The position numbers and the translations under genes were made by a program. From NCBI GenBank assembly GCA_035628295.1, contig DASPKC010000183.1:1-55902 (forward strand): a stretch of DNA of 55,902 nucleotides. The letters are read 5' to 3'. The stretch comes from Baekduia sp. GTDB lineage: Bacteria; Actinomycetota; Thermoleophilia; Solirubrobacterales; Solirubrobacteraceae. Of the stretch, positions 55,038-55,902 are shown one piece after another. The notes beneath the pieces are model-generated. The model did not search any database, was not told the DNA's origin, and worked only from the letters and a program-made list of their open reading frames with translations. Numbering within the stretch: position 1 is the first letter of the stretch; every line of letters starts with the position of its first letter.

Positions 55038-55902
55038 TCAGGCGCCGGACTCCGGCTCGAGCCGGTCCACGGCGGGCCCCTCGAGCACCGCGCCGTCGGC
55101 GGCGAACCGGGAGCCGTGGCACGGACAGTCCCAGCTGCGCTCGGCCGGGTTCCAGCGCACGATGCAGCCCATGTGCGTGCACCGCGCAGACACGCGCTGC
55201 AGCGTGCCGTCGCCGGCACGCGACACCGCGACCTGGCGCAGGCCGTCGCGCACGACCGCGCCCTCGCCGGGCGCGAGCTCGTCCGGATCGATCCCCGACC
55301 GCTGGGTCACCCGGTCCTGGACGAAGCGCCGCGCGACGTTGACGTTCTCCTTGACGAACTCCTTCGCCGACGCCCGCGGCGTGATGCGAGCGGGGTCGAA
55401 CAGCGCGCTCCACGCGTTGTCGCGGCCGAGGATCCGGTCGGCGAGGACGATGCCGGCTGCGGTGCCGTTCGTCATGCCCCACTTCTGGAACGCCGTGGCG
55501 ACGTACAGCCGGTCGGTGCCCCGCCGCAGCGGCCCGATGAACGGGACCCGGTCGACGGGCATGTAGTCCTGCGTCGACCACCGGAAGTCGATGCCGCGGA
55601 CCTCGAAGCGCTCGTGCGCGAACGCGGCGAGCGCGTCGAAGCGCGCCTCGGTGTCGTCGTCCTGCCCGGTCTTGTGGCTCTCCCCTGCGAGGATCAGCAG
55701 CTCCCCGTCGTCGAACGGATGCTGGCGGACGCTGCGACTCGGTTGCTCGGCGGAGATGTACATGCCCCGCGGCACCGTGCCCTCCAGCGCCACCGCCATC
55801 GCGTACTCGCGCTCCGGGTGGCACCTGGCGAAGAAGCCGCCCTGGTCGAGGAACGGCAGGTGGGTGGCGAGGACCACGTACGCGGCGCGGACGTCATGGG
55901 TC
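55038..55902 (-). CDS. FAD-dependent oxidoreductase with C-terminal Rieske domain (YhfW-like), partial
   Basis: VLATHLPF, WSTQDY, KWGMTNG, CTHMGC...WDCPCHGSRF. Confidence 0.93.
   Translation of the reverse strand, partial: THDVRAAYVVLATHLPFLDQGGFFARCHPEREYAMAVALEGTVPRGMYISAEQPSRSVRQHPFDDGELLILAGESHKTGQDDDTEARFDALAAFAHERFEVRGIDFRWSTQDYMPVDRVPFIGPLRRGTDRLYVATAFQKWGMTNGTAAGIVLADRILGRDNAWSALFDPARITPRASAKEFVKENVNVARRFVQDRVTQRSGIDPDELAPGEGAVVRDGLRQVAVSRAGDGTLQRVSARCTHMGCIVRWNPAERSWDCPCHGSRFAADGAVLEGPAVDRLEPESGA

Noticed and set aside
1-55902. Many long overlapping ORFs (e.g. 1637-4258 -, 22463-24301 +, 43157-45745 +, 31510-33858 -)
   Set aside because: Arg/Ala/Gly/Pro-rich shadow frames caused by very high GC; they lie over recognisable genes and lack motifs.

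Overview
This is a very GC-rich, gene-dense chromosomal segment of an actinobacterium. Gene content (single-motif RsiG-like protein, two 'WNEPN' secreted glycoside-hydrolase-like paralogues, near-universal leaderless starts) points to Thermoleophilia/Solirubrobacterales, but this is inference. It carries about 64 likely CDS, mostly housekeeping or metabolic: asnB, ispG, sodA, proS, apt, dinB, a pgsA-like/rsiG-like/FHA/MerR(FtsR-like) cluster, alkyl-DHAP-synthase-like oxidoreductase, WS/DGAT, ECF sigma, LAL regulator and several hydrolases. A more accessory right end holds vapBC, a small secreted peptide, a PxKF protein, an ATPase-wHTH gene and an HTH gene. I saw no rRNA, tRNA, CRISPR array, integrase or transposase. 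The most interesting signals are non-coding. (1) A candidate ~130-nt sRNA at 54838-54970 (-) has a sigma28/WhiG-type promoter, a closing stem, a C-rich anti-SD tract, GGA motifs and an intrinsic terminator. (2) A perfect LexA/SOS box sits directly in front of a c-di-AMP riboswitch that precedes rlpA-like and dinB genes. (3) 11-bp-period TnnACA repeats resembling a CarH/LitR operator lie upstream of an orphan ECF sigma. (4) An FtsR-type palindrome precedes the rsiG-like/FHA/MerR operon. (5) REP-like hairpin repeats fill two convergent gaps. All assignments were made by eye from motifs; no searches were run.
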